A stretch of 32,000 nucleotides of DNA from an uncultured Thermofilaceae archaeon (GTDB lineage: Archaea > Thermoproteota > Thermoprotei > Thermofilales > Thermofilaceae): assembly GCA_964489665.1 (NCBI GenBank), contig CAZAZN010000003.1:28192-60191 (forward strand). Direction: 5' to 3'. Every line of letters starts with the position of its first letter. Positions within the stretch are counted from its first letter, which is position 1. A program made the translations under genes and the position numbers. This document shows, one piece after another, positions 1 through 8,085 of the stretch. Under the pieces are notes generated by a model. It searched no databases and was not told the origin of the DNA. It saw only the letters and a program-made list of their open reading frames with translations.

Positions 1-1042
1 CCAGGGGATCCTTGCCGAAGAGGATTCCCAGGACGAGGCCCAGCGCCTCGCCAGCGCTCCCCAGCAGTATTAGAAGTGACGACGCCCTAACAGCGCCTAA
101 GCCCTCGATGTAGCGGGCGTAGAGGAAGCTCCCGAGGAAGCCCGCGCCCGTGCTGAAGAACGAGTAGTAGGCGGCTAGCCCGAGGTGGAGTAGGGGGCTG
201 TTAGCTGCAAGGACCAGGATCGGGGTTAGGGACTCGAAAGCTAGGGAGAGCCTGTAGTACCTGAACTCGGCCCTACCCCAGGCTAGGGAGGCGAAGACGC
301 TGACGGCCGTGCCTACTAGGCTTACGGCCGTTACCCAGTACTCGCTTAGGCCTAAGCCTCCGACGATCGCCGAGACCCACAGCACGCTGAGCAGGCTCGT
401 AGACGCCGAGTAGAGGGCTTGGTAAAGCGAGGCCGTATAGACCCTTTCAACTCCCTTAAGCTCGCCCACCTCCACCCTCAGCTCCCCGAGCCTCGGTACG
501 GCCATGAGCGCGGTTGAGGCGAGCCCTACCAGCCCACCGTAGATGAAGGAGAGAGCGAACCCTTCCTCCCCCCTCGAGAGCAGGGCCGTGGCCAGTAGGT
601 AGCCCACGATGCTCGAAAGGGAGGCGGCCGATCCCCTCTTAGCCGTAACCTCCCTAACCCCCCTCTCGTCGAATAGGCCGAAGATTAGCGCGCCTAGGAC
701 TAGCGACACGAGCGCCGAGAGAACGTCCTTGACAAAGTAGAGGGCAGCTAGCAGCTCGAACCTCCTAATGAAGGGTACTACGAACCAGACGAGCCTCTCG
801 CCTGCATGGGCGGCTAGGAGGAGCGCCCTAGGCCTGCTGAGGGCCTTTTCCGGCCGCCTATACGCCGCTAGGCCGAGCAGCAAGGTTAGGGGTGAGGAGA
901 GCATGGCGACGCCGGCCATCGTGTCAGCGCTGTAGCCTAAGTGGGCTAAGTATGCTAGGAAGACGCCGCTAGTCAGGGACACGTAGACGTAGGCTAGCGC
1001 CGCCTCGAGCACTAAGATCGTCTTCAGCAGGCCCCTATCCAT
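1..1042 (-). CDS. Polytopic membrane protein (MFS-like transporter), 3' end cut by the window edge
   Basis: The reverse strand is open from ATG (revcomp of cat at 1040-1042) to position 1 with no stop. Translation (MDRGLLKTILVLEAALAYVYVSLTSGVFLAYLAHLGY...) is a series of hydrophobic helices. It is absent from the ORF track only because no stop lies inside the window. Confidence 0.55.
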   Translation of the reverse strand, partial: MDRGLLKTILVLEAALAYVYVSLTSGVFLAYLAHLGYSADTMAGVAMLSSPLTLLLGLAAYRRPEKALSRPRALLLAAHAGERLVWFVVPFIRRFELLAALYFVKDVLSALVSLVLGALIFGLFDERGVREVTAKRGSAASLSSIVGYLLATALLSRGEEGFALSFIYGGLVGLASTALMAVPRLGELRVEVGELKGVERVYTASLYQALYSASTSLLSVLWVSAIVGGLGLSEYWVTAVSLVGTAVSVFASLAWGRAEFRYYRLSLAFESLTPILVLAANSPLLHLGLAAYYSFFSTGAGFLGSFLYARYIEGLGAVRASSLLILLGSAGEALGLVLGILFGKDPL

Positions 1043-1116
1043 TAGCGCCCCCTTTAGCGCACGCTACTTGCTCCAGGGGAAGGGTAAAAAATCGAACTAG
1101 GCTGTTAGAACAGTGG

Positions 1117-1995
1117 ATGAACATAGGCATACTCACCCGCAACCCCCGCGCGTGGGCTCCTAGGCAGCTGGAGAGGGCGATACGCGAAAGGGGGCATGAG
1201 GCGGTCTTCCTAAGCTATAGGTCGCTCGTGGCGCGAGTTGGCTACCGGCCTAGGCTCGAGTCTAGGGGGGTAAAGCTCGAGGAGGACTTGAGCGCGGTGA
1301 TAGTCAGGCCCATTGGCAGGTGCTCGCTGGATCAGGCGATATTTAGGATGGACGCCCTCCACAGGCTTGCTCGGCTGGGGGTGGTCGTCGTCAATAGCCC
1401 CTCGGCCATAGAGAGGTGTATAGACAAGTTCTACGCCCTCTCGCTGCTAGAGGAACACGGGATCCCGGTCCCCAGGACCTTGGTCGCTGAGAGTGCTAGG
1501 GAAGCTATGAGGGCGTTCTACGAGCTGGGCTGCGACGTGGTCGTAAAGCCCCTCTTCGGCTCTAGGGGGATAGGGCTGATGAGGGTCTCTGACCCCGAGA
1601 CCGCTAGGAGGGTGTTCACGGCTCTGAGCTTCGTGCACAAGGTGCTTTACGTCCAGGAGTTCATCCCGCACGGCAATAGGGATATCCGGGCGTTCGTGGT
1701 CGGCGGCGAGGTTGTAGCCTCGATGTACAGGGAGTCTAGCGGGTGGAGGACTAATATAGCTCAGGGGGCGAGGCCTAGGCCTCTTAAGCTCAGCGGAGAG
1801 CTCGAGGACTTAGCGGTTAAGGCCGCTAAGGTTGTGGGCTGTGAGGTAGCGGGCGTAGATATACTCGAGGGGCCTGAGGGGTACTACGTAATAGAGGTTA
1901 ATAGCCAGCCGGGGTGGAGGGGGCTGCAGTCGGTAACGAGGGTCGATATCGCTGGGCGCATAGTCGACTACGTGCTCTCGAGGGTTAAGAGGTAG
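1117..1995 (+). CDS. RimK-family ATP-grasp ligase, MptN/CofF-like (candidate H4MPT or F420 alpha-L-glutamate ligase)
   Basis: 292 aa with the ATP-grasp layout: VVKPLFGSRGIGL, YVQEFIP..NRDIRAFVVGGEVVASMYR, GVDILE...VIEVNSQPGW. The H4MPT gene context favours MptN-like over LysX-like, but this cannot be resolved by eye. Confidence 0.75.
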   Translation: MNIGILTRNPRAWAPRQLERAIRERGHEAVFLSYRSLVARVGYRPRLESRGVKLEEDLSAVIVRPIGRCSLDQAIFRMDALHRLARLGVVVVNSPSAIERCIDKFYALSLLEEHGIPVPRTLVAESAREAMRAFYELGCDVVVKPLFGSRGIGLMRVSDPETARRVFTALSFVHKVLYVQEFIPHGNRDIRAFVVGGEVVASMYRESSGWRTNIAQGARPRPLKLSGELEDLAVKAAKVVGCEVAGVDILEGPEGYYVIEVNSQPGWRGLQSVTRVDIAGRIVDYVLSRVKR

Positions 1996-2003
1996 AAGCT
2001 ACT

Positions 2004-3062
2004 CTAGGCCCTCTTAAGCACCTGGTCGAAGTAGTTCCCATGGCCGTAGCTTAACGTGATCTGGTGGAACACCTCCCCGTTCTTCAGCAGGACCTCCTCT
2101 AGGGTGCCGCGAACTAGCCCCACCTCACCCTCCCTTAGTTGCATCCTGAACTCCTCCACGTACGAGACGATCCTCCTAACGTCTACGCGGCCCCTAAAGC
2201 CCCTAAGCTCTAGGACCTTAACGCCGTAGACCGATGGCATGAAGAAGGACCTACTATCGTCGGTAACCTCAACGATGGCCTCAACGAACGCTAAGCGCCT
2301 AATCCTCGCGTACGTAGGGTACTCGTTGTTTATCTCATTCCACTTCATAACGGGCTCGAATTCCACCTTAATGCGCCTGTGCGGCGTGTTGAGCACTGCG
2401 TAGATGAGCTTCCTCCTCTGGTACTCGACGTACTCCTCCGGCGTGTAGTGCTTGAACCTCCAGTTCTTAAAGGAGCTGGGAGAGGCCGTGTCGAACTCGT
2501 TAACTAGCACGCCGCCCCCCTTGTACAGCTCCCGTAGCACCTCTAGGAGCTCCTTGAGCTCCCTCCTACCGTACACCACGAGGTCTATGTCGCTGTAGTC
2601 TTCGTGGTAGAAGTCGTGCATCAGCGACCCAAACACCCCGAAGTCTGAGGGCTTGAGCGACGACGCCTCCGAGATCAGGTCCATTAGCGACCGCAGCGCC
2701 TCGACTAGCTTATCGTGCCTATCTGACCGCAGCAGCTCCCTAAGCCGCTGGTCAGGTCTCCTCAGCTCGGCGATGTCGGAGCTCCTAATGCCGATAAGCC
2801 TCTTACCGAACACCTCGCTATATATCGTGTACTGGGGGTACTTCTCCATCACGAACTTAAGCCCCCCGTCGAAGTAGAACTTGTAGTACCTAAGCCCCCG
2901 CCCTTCCCTCAGGGCCCTACGCTCCCTGCTCACGTAGATCGTCTCCGGCGCGTACTCTACGTCGCAGAAGCAGGCGTCAGGAGGGTGGTCGTAGCCCATG
3001 ACCCTGAAGATTATCCCCTCCTTAGATACGGGGGCGTCCCTATCCCTGAACTTCACGCTCAC
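2004..3062 (-). CDS. Uncharacterised pol-beta-type nucleotidyltransferase with conserved N- and C-terminal domains (paralogue 1 of 4)
   Basis: 352 aa. The central GVFGS-x12-SDIDLVVYG is a minimal NTase hG[GS]...DxD motif. The N-terminal EGIIFRVMGYDHPP and a C-terminal DDSRSFFMPSVYGV...GEVGLVRGTLEEV block are shared with ORFs 5933-6946, 11379-12434 and 12435-13499. It lies 81 bp downstream of larE on the same strand. Confidence 0.8.
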   Translation of the reverse strand: MSVKFRDRDAPVSKEGIIFRVMGYDHPPDACFCDVEYAPETIYVSRERRALREGRGLRYYKFYFDGGLKFVMEKYPQYTIYSEVFGKRLIGIRSSDIAELRRPDQRLRELLRSDRHDKLVEALRSLMDLISEASSLKPSDFGVFGSLMHDFYHEDYSDIDLVVYGRRELKELLEVLRELYKGGGVLVNEFDTASPSSFKNWRFKHYTPEEYVEYQRRKLIYAVLNTPHRRIKVEFEPVMKWNEINNEYPTYARIRRLAFVEAIVEVTDDSRSFFMPSVYGVKVLELRGFRGRVDVRRIVSYVEEFRMQLREGEVGLVRGTLEEVLLKNGEVFHQITLSYGHGNYFDQVLKRA

Positions 3063-3143
3063 AGCGAGAGCTAGGCGTTCGGGCTTAAATGGGCTATCGC
3101 CCAGAAACGGCCTAGACCGCTCTCCGAGGACCTTAGAAGCGCC

Positions 3144-3977
3144 TTATAGCCTCTGCCCAAGCGCCTCGTCCATGCTCCCCTCCCGGTAGCCGTATAGGTC
3201 TAGTGCTACGAACTCGTAGCCCAGCTCCCTTAGCTTAGCATATAGCTCGTCGAGGAGCCTCTCATCGAAGAGCGCTCTCCTCTCGCTCCTCCCGACCTCT
3301 ATCCTCGCAACCCGGCCGTGATCCCTCACCCTAACTACCTTAACGCCGGTAAGCTCCCGCACCACATCCTCCGCTAGCTCTATCCTCCTTAGCCTCTCGA
3401 GCGTTATTCTCTCCCCGTACGGTATTCTAGTCGCTAGGCACGTAGTGGCGGGCCAGTTCCAGTTAGGTAGCCCCAGCTCCCTAGCCAGTTCCCTTATCTC
3501 CCTCTTAGTTAACCCAGCCTCCGCTAGGGGGCTCCTTACGCCAAGCTCCCTCACCGCCCTTAGCCCAGGCCTCCGCTTACCCAGGTCGTCGGCGTTAGTA
3601 GCCTCCATTACGGCAAACGAGCTTAAGTTCTCGCTAGCGTACTCTAGGATCCTGCCGAGCATCATCCTCTTACACAGGTAGCACCTATCCGGAGGGTTAC
3701 TCCATATCCTCTCGTCCGAGAACTCCAGCTTAAGGACGACGTGCCTAACGCCTATCTCCCGAGCCAGAGCCTTCGAGGCCTCGAGGTCGCGCCTAGCCAT
3801 GAACGGCAAGTCCACGGTTACGGCTAAGACCCTGCTACCGCCTAGTGCTCTCAGCGCCGCCGCCGTTAGGAACGTGCTATCCACCCCACCCGAGAAGGCG
3901 ATCACCGCTACCTCCTCCTCTAGGTTTCGTAGGGACGCAAGAAGGCTCCTGTACTTCTCGCTCAGAGATACACGCAT
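3144..3977 (-). CDS. larE: LarE, PP-loop ATP-dependent sulfur transferase of NPN cofactor biosynthesis (three-Cys type)
   Basis: 277 aa with PP-loop AFSGGVDST, a CxxC (RCYLCK), and the conserved Cys in TTCLATRIPYGE. Confidence 0.85.
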   Translation of the reverse strand: MRVSLSEKYRSLLASLRNLEEEVAVIAFSGGVDSTFLTAAALRALGGSRVLAVTVDLPFMARRDLEASKALAREIGVRHVVLKLEFSDERIWSNPPDRCYLCKRMMLGRILEYASENLSSFAVMEATNADDLGKRRPGLRAVRELGVRSPLAEAGLTKREIRELARELGLPNWNWPATTCLATRIPYGERITLERLRRIELAEDVVRELTGVKVVRVRDHGRVARIEVGRSERRALFDERLLDELYAKLRELGYEFVALDLYGYREGSMDEALGQRL

Positions 3978-4143
3978 AGCTTGTTCTAGACCCTTCCTGC
4001 CGATTTAAGGCTTCTACTACAAGCCCTAAGCCTCCTAGGCGTACGTCTAGAGCCTCACGCCTAGATTTGTTCATCTTTACTGATCGCAGCTGGGATAGCT
4101 ACCTTAATTTACGGACTGTTAGCGATTAGACTAGGGTCGGCTA

Positions 4144-4965
4144 ATGACCCCCAGCGTGGAGGGAGGCAGGAAGGTACTGGTTATCGACTGCAGCGTTGCG
4201 GGGATATCAGGGGACATGCTTCTAGGGGCGCTAGTTGACCTAGGCGCGAGCAAGGAGCGCATAGCTGGCCTAAGGGACGTCATCTTAAGGCACGTTGAAG
4301 GAGTTAAGGAGCTGGAGATAGAGGTAAGGGATGTCAGGCGCAGAGGGTTTAGGGCCAAGAAGGTTACGGTTAGAGCGGTTGAGGAGGGCGGGGAGAAGCA
4401 CGGCGACGAGGTAATAGGCGCGGTTTCGCGCGTCGTAGACGACCTGGGGCTACCCGATAAGGCTAGGGAAATCGCCCTAAGCGCGGTTAAGCTGCTGATA
4501 GAGGCCGAGGCCTTAGTGCATGGAGAGGAGGTAGAGGAGGTGCACCTCCACGAGACCGGCTCAGTCGACACGATAGTGGACATCGTCGGCTGCGTAGTGG
4601 CCTTAAGCGACCTCGGGCTCCTTGACGCCGAGGTTTACGCTACGCCCGTAGCCGTTGGAGGAGGTAGGATAAGGATAGCGCACGGGGTGTTGTCGAGCCC
4701 CGCGCCAGCCACCTTGGAGATCCTAAGGAGGAGCGGCGTTTACATATCGGGTGGGCCCATAGACGCGGAGCTTACGACGCCCACGGGAGCCGCCTTGCTC
4801 GCGAGCATCGTCAACAAGTCAACTCCCTTCTACCCACCTCTAAGGGTCGAGAAGATAGGGTATGGCGCCGGTGATAAGGACTTCAAGGAGTTCCCCAACG
4901 TTCTAAGGCTCGTGGTCGGCACGCGGTACGACGCCTTAGAGCTGTGGATGAAGGCCCGAGATTAA
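4144..4965 (+). CDS. larC: LarC N-terminal (DUF111, LarC1-like) domain protein with no C-terminal CTP-binding domain
   Basis: 273 aa with intact canonical motifs VIDCSVAGISGDMLLGALVDLGAS and VHLHETGSVDTIVDIVG. The ORF stops at 4965, and only 42 bp follow before the convergent larB, so no LarC2 part is encoded here. Confidence 0.8.
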   Translation: MTPSVEGGRKVLVIDCSVAGISGDMLLGALVDLGASKERIAGLRDVILRHVEGVKELEIEVRDVRRRGFRAKKVTVRAVEEGGEKHGDEVIGAVSRVVDDLGLPDKAREIALSAVKLLIEAEALVHGEEVEEVHLHETGSVDTIVDIVGCVVALSDLGLLDAEVYATPVAVGGGRIRIAHGVLSSPAPATLEILRRSGVYISGGPIDAELTTPTGAALLASIVNKSTPFYPPLRVEKIGYGAGDKDFKEFPNVLRLVVGTRYDALELWMKARD

Positions 4966-5007
4966 GCGTTAGAGCGCGAGAACTAGAGCTGAGAAGCTAG
5001 AAGATGG

Positions 5008-5835
5008 CTAACGCTTGGCTCTAAGCTTCTGCCTAACCACTCCAACCCTGCGCGCTATTAGCGCAGCTACCACGCCGGCGTTAACCCCGCTATCTATGTT
5101 GACTACCGCTAGGCCTAGAGGGCAAGCCTGAAGCATCGAGAGCAGGGCCGCCTGCCCCCCGCCGCCCGCCCCGTAGCCTATGGAGGTCGGCACGCCTATC
5201 ACGGGCACGTCTACGAGGGATGCGATGACAGAGGGCAACGCCCCCTCCATGCCGGCGACGGCTACTATCACGTCGACGTCGCTCTCCTTAAGCTTCCTGA
5301 TAGCCGCGAGAACCCTGTGGAACCCCGCTACCCCCACGTCGTAGACGGCTACCGTTCGGCAGCCCATCTCCTCCGCGATGAAGCGAGCTTCCTCGGCTAC
5401 CCTCACGTCGGCAGACCCGCCCGTCACTATGCCTACCGTGCAGGGGAGCTTTGGTCTCTCCTTAAAGCCCTTCACCCGCACGGCAGCTATCCTCCCAACC
5501 TCGTTGATTACGACCTCGTACTCAGAGCTCCTAGCAAGATCCTTCAGGGCGCTGATCTGCTCGTCGGTTAGCCTGGAGACTATGACCTCCCCCATTTCCG
5601 GCGTTACCGAGCGCACGAGCTTCATGAGGAGGTCTACGCTCTTACCCTCACCTAAGATTATCTCGGGAACGTCCCTCCTTAACGCTCTCCCTAAGTCGAA
5701 CCTCACGTACTCCTCTATCTGCTTAAGCGCGTGAAGCCTTATCATGCTCACGGCTTCGTCTACATCGACCTCTCCCCTCGCAACGGCTTCAAGTATACTC
5801 CTCAAATCTAGCATTTTTTCCTTCAACGATATCAC
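5008..5835 (-). CDS. larB: LarB, NaAD carboxylase/hydrolase of NPN cofactor biosynthesis
   Basis: 275 aa with a PurE-like C-terminal half: GIVTGGSADVRVAEEA, DVGVAGFHR, AVAGMEGALPSVIASLVDVPVIGVPTSIGYGAGGGG, VVNIDSG. A TATA-like GTATAAATTTCC (revcomp of about 5840-5851) sits too close to 5835, so the real start may be the in-frame ATG at 5814. Confidence 0.85.
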   Translation of the reverse strand: MISLKEKMLDLRSILEAVARGEVDVDEAVSMIRLHALKQIEEYVRFDLGRALRRDVPEIILGEGKSVDLLMKLVRSVTPEMGEVIVSRLTDEQISALKDLARSSEYEVVINEVGRIAAVRVKGFKERPKLPCTVGIVTGGSADVRVAEEARFIAEEMGCRTVAVYDVGVAGFHRVLAAIRKLKESDVDVIVAVAGMEGALPSVIASLVDVPVIGVPTSIGYGAGGGGQAALLSMLQACPLGLAVVNIDSGVNAGVVAALIARRVGVVRQKLRAKR

Positions 5836-5932
5836 CAGGAAATTTATACTCCCTACCTAACCTCAAGGCCCTCCTAAAATTCTTTGTCTCGACGAATTCA
5901 GGCGGCTAAGCGTTACGCTCGGGGGCCGTCTC

Positions 5933-6946
5933 CTACGTCCTAACCCCCCGGCTTAGGTTCACGATGTACTCGCGCTGCAAGCCAGATCCAACGAATATCC
6001 TGTAGTCCTCACCTCCCCTAAGCGCCGCCCTCTCCAACACCCCCTTAACGACTATCTCGTCGCCAGCTCTAGCTATCATCCTGTGCAGTCCGATCATCGA
6101 CACTACGCGGCTAACCTTAGCCGGGTTATCCAGCTCCCCTTCGAGGACCTCTATTACCTCAACCCCGTATACCGCCGGCCTAAACATGGACTCGCCATCG
6201 TCAATTACCTTGCACACGGCCTTAACGGGCAACACCGGGACGTAGGGGATGCTAGTTGAGATCTCGCTGAACGCGCGTACCGCGTTTACGTTAAACCTAA
6301 CGTCCCCGTACCTACCCCTATTCAGCCTCACTCTATCGAGCGGCGTATCCCTCGACAGGGATAGCCTCCCCTCCTCCTCAAGCAGCCTTAGGGCTTCGAG
6401 CACCTTAAGGTAGTTCCGAGCGCCGTACACGATGACGTCTATATCGCTGAACCGCCCGTGCATTCCAAGGCTAATGGATCCGCTTACGCCGAAGTTCTCG
6501 AGCGGGACCCCCGACCTCTCGGATAGCGCCAGCACGAGCTCTACAGCCTTATTCTCTAGCCAGTCCCTACTAGCCTTCCTCAGGAGCCTAGCTACCGACT
6601 CGTCGGGCCTGTACACCTCCTCTACCAGGTGCTCTGGGACGCTAACCAAGTACTTCCTCAGGCGCTTAGAGTAGTAGACGTACTCGGGAAAGTGGCTCCT
6701 CAGAGCCTCAACGACTACGCGGTAGGTCTCGTGCGAGAACAGCACTTTAGGCCTCACGAGCCTCCTCCCCTTAAAGCGCCAGGTTTGATCGAGCCACTCT
6801 AGGTCGAAGTAGCGAGCGTAGTCCTCGGGAATGTACTTAAGGTTGCATATCGCCCTGCCTGGATGGTGCTCGTACCCTACTACGTAGAATATGAAGCCGT
6901 GCTTAGTTACCAGCGCGTCGCAGTCCCTAAACCTCAAGCTCGACAC
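5933..6946 (-). CDS. Uncharacterised pol-beta-type nucleotidyltransferase family protein (paralogue 2 of 4)
   Basis: 337 aa with HGFIFYVVGYEHHP, GVSGSISLGMHGRFSDIDVIVYG, and DDGESMFRPAVYGVEV...GDEIVVKGVLE. It lies 97 bp upstream of larB on the same strand. Confidence 0.8.
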   Translation of the reverse strand: MSSLRFRDCDALVTKHGFIFYVVGYEHHPGRAICNLKYIPEDYARYFDLEWLDQTWRFKGRRLVRPKVLFSHETYRVVVEALRSHFPEYVYYSKRLRKYLVSVPEHLVEEVYRPDESVARLLRKASRDWLENKAVELVLALSERSGVPLENFGVSGSISLGMHGRFSDIDVIVYGARNYLKVLEALRLLEEEGRLSLSRDTPLDRVRLNRGRYGDVRFNVNAVRAFSEISTSIPYVPVLPVKAVCKVIDDGESMFRPAVYGVEVIEVLEGELDNPAKVSRVVSMIGLHRMIARAGDEIVVKGVLERAALRGGEDYRIFVGSGLQREYIVNLSRGVRT

Positions 6947-7088
6947 CGCCTAGCCTCGCGCTAACTATCCGGGGCTTTTAGTTAACGTTACCCTAGCTCG
7001 CTGGCATGCGGCAGCTTACCTAACCAAAGTAGGTCTGCCGTATTAGGGACACTAAATTTATATGCTTATCGGCGAAAACCTATTTCTG

Positions 7089-7997
7089 ATGTCCGAAGAA
7101 GGCTTCAAGAAGATAATGGTGTTCTTGTCCACCGACGTTCACCCCTCCCCCTTCGACGTGCTGTTCGCTTACGATACCGGCGTGGACGCCGTCGTGTACT
7201 ACGGCGGTGTAACCGCCGAGACCGCGGGCTCGCTTATACTAGATACCATGTTCCCTAGGGGGCCCGAGGGGCTGAAGTACACGGTAGTGTTCATAGGGGG
7301 GAAGAACTACGACGAGTGCCTTAAGATTGCGGAGGTCGCCAAGAAGACCTACTTCAAGCCCTTCGTGGCCTCGACCATAGTCGACCCCGCGGGCGCTTTC
7401 ACAACGTCATCGGCCGTAGTCGTCAAGGTGTCCTCCTGCCTAAAGGCTAAGGGCTTCGACCCCGCTAAGGCTAAGTACACGGTCCTAGGGGGAGCCGGGA
7501 GGGTCGGCCGCTGCATCGCCTACCTTCTCGCCAAGCTCGGCGCCACGGTCGTTATCGGCGACGTGCTCGTTGAGGGAGCTAAGGAGAGGGCTAGGGAGAT
7601 AAACGAGAAGGTTGGGGCGGAGAGGGCGATCGCGTTCGAGAAGGCGACCGATAAGCCCGAGAACGTGCTGGAGGCCTGTAAGGATTCGACGGTGGTCATC
7701 ACGGCGGGACCTCCCGCCAAGACCCTGCTACCGCTGGACGTCCTAACCAAGCTTGAGAGCTGCGTGCTGGTAGCGGACATTAACGCGACGCCGCCGTACG
7801 GCGTCGAGGGGATAAAGCCGACCTACGACTGCAAGGCCATGAAGAAGCTACCTAGGGTCACCGCCATCGGCGCACTCGCTATAGGCAGCTTTAGGAACAA
7901 GGTCCAGAGGGCCCTCATCAGGAAGGCGTTCGAGACCCCGGGAGCGTTCTTCGGGCTCGACGAGGCGTTTGAAGTAGCCCGTAGCCTAGTTAGCTAG
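7089..7997 (+). CDS. MtdA/MtdB-type NAD(P)-dependent methylene-tetrahydromethanopterin dehydrogenase
   Basis: The N-terminal STDVHPSPFDVLFAYDTGVDAVVYYGGVT, VVFIGGKNYDECLKIAEVAKKTYFKPF, IVDPAGAFTTSSA and the Rossmann VLGGAGRVGRCIAYLLAKLGATVV match my recollection of methylotroph MtdA. The track ORF starts at 7062, but TATA-like TAAATTTATA (7053-7062) overlaps that ATG. The in-frame ATG at 7089 fits a leaderless transcript better. Confidence 0.75.
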   Translation: MSEEGFKKIMVFLSTDVHPSPFDVLFAYDTGVDAVVYYGGVTAETAGSLILDTMFPRGPEGLKYTVVFIGGKNYDECLKIAEVAKKTYFKPFVASTIVDPAGAFTTSSAVVVKVSSCLKAKGFDPAKAKYTVLGGAGRVGRCIAYLLAKLGATVVIGDVLVEGAKERAREINEKVGAERAIAFEKATDKPENVLEACKDSTVVITAGPPAKTLLPLDVLTKLESCVLVADINATPPYGVEGIKPTYDCKAMKKLPRVTAIGALAIGSFRNKVQRALIRKAFETPGAFFGLDEAFEVARSLVS

Positions 7998-8010
7998 CTC
8001 CCGGCTCTAG

Positions 8011-8022
8011 ATTTTTCTCTTT
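8011..8022 (+). terminator. Oligo-T terminator-like tract after the mtd-like gene
   Basis: TTTTTCTCTTTT lies 14 nt after the stop codon at 7995-7997. Confidence 0.4.
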
Positions 8023-8085
8023 TCAACCTTTAAGTAGGGGAGCGGAAGCTATCTAAGTAGCCGGGCGCGTTGGTAGGCGCTTGGG

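Noticed and set aside
4131-4583. 150-aa ORF on the minus strand overlapping the LarC1-like gene
   Set aside because: It is a Ser/Thr/Pro/Ala-rich low-complexity translation, typical of the antisense frame of a GC3-biased gene. The sense-strand gene has clear family motifs.
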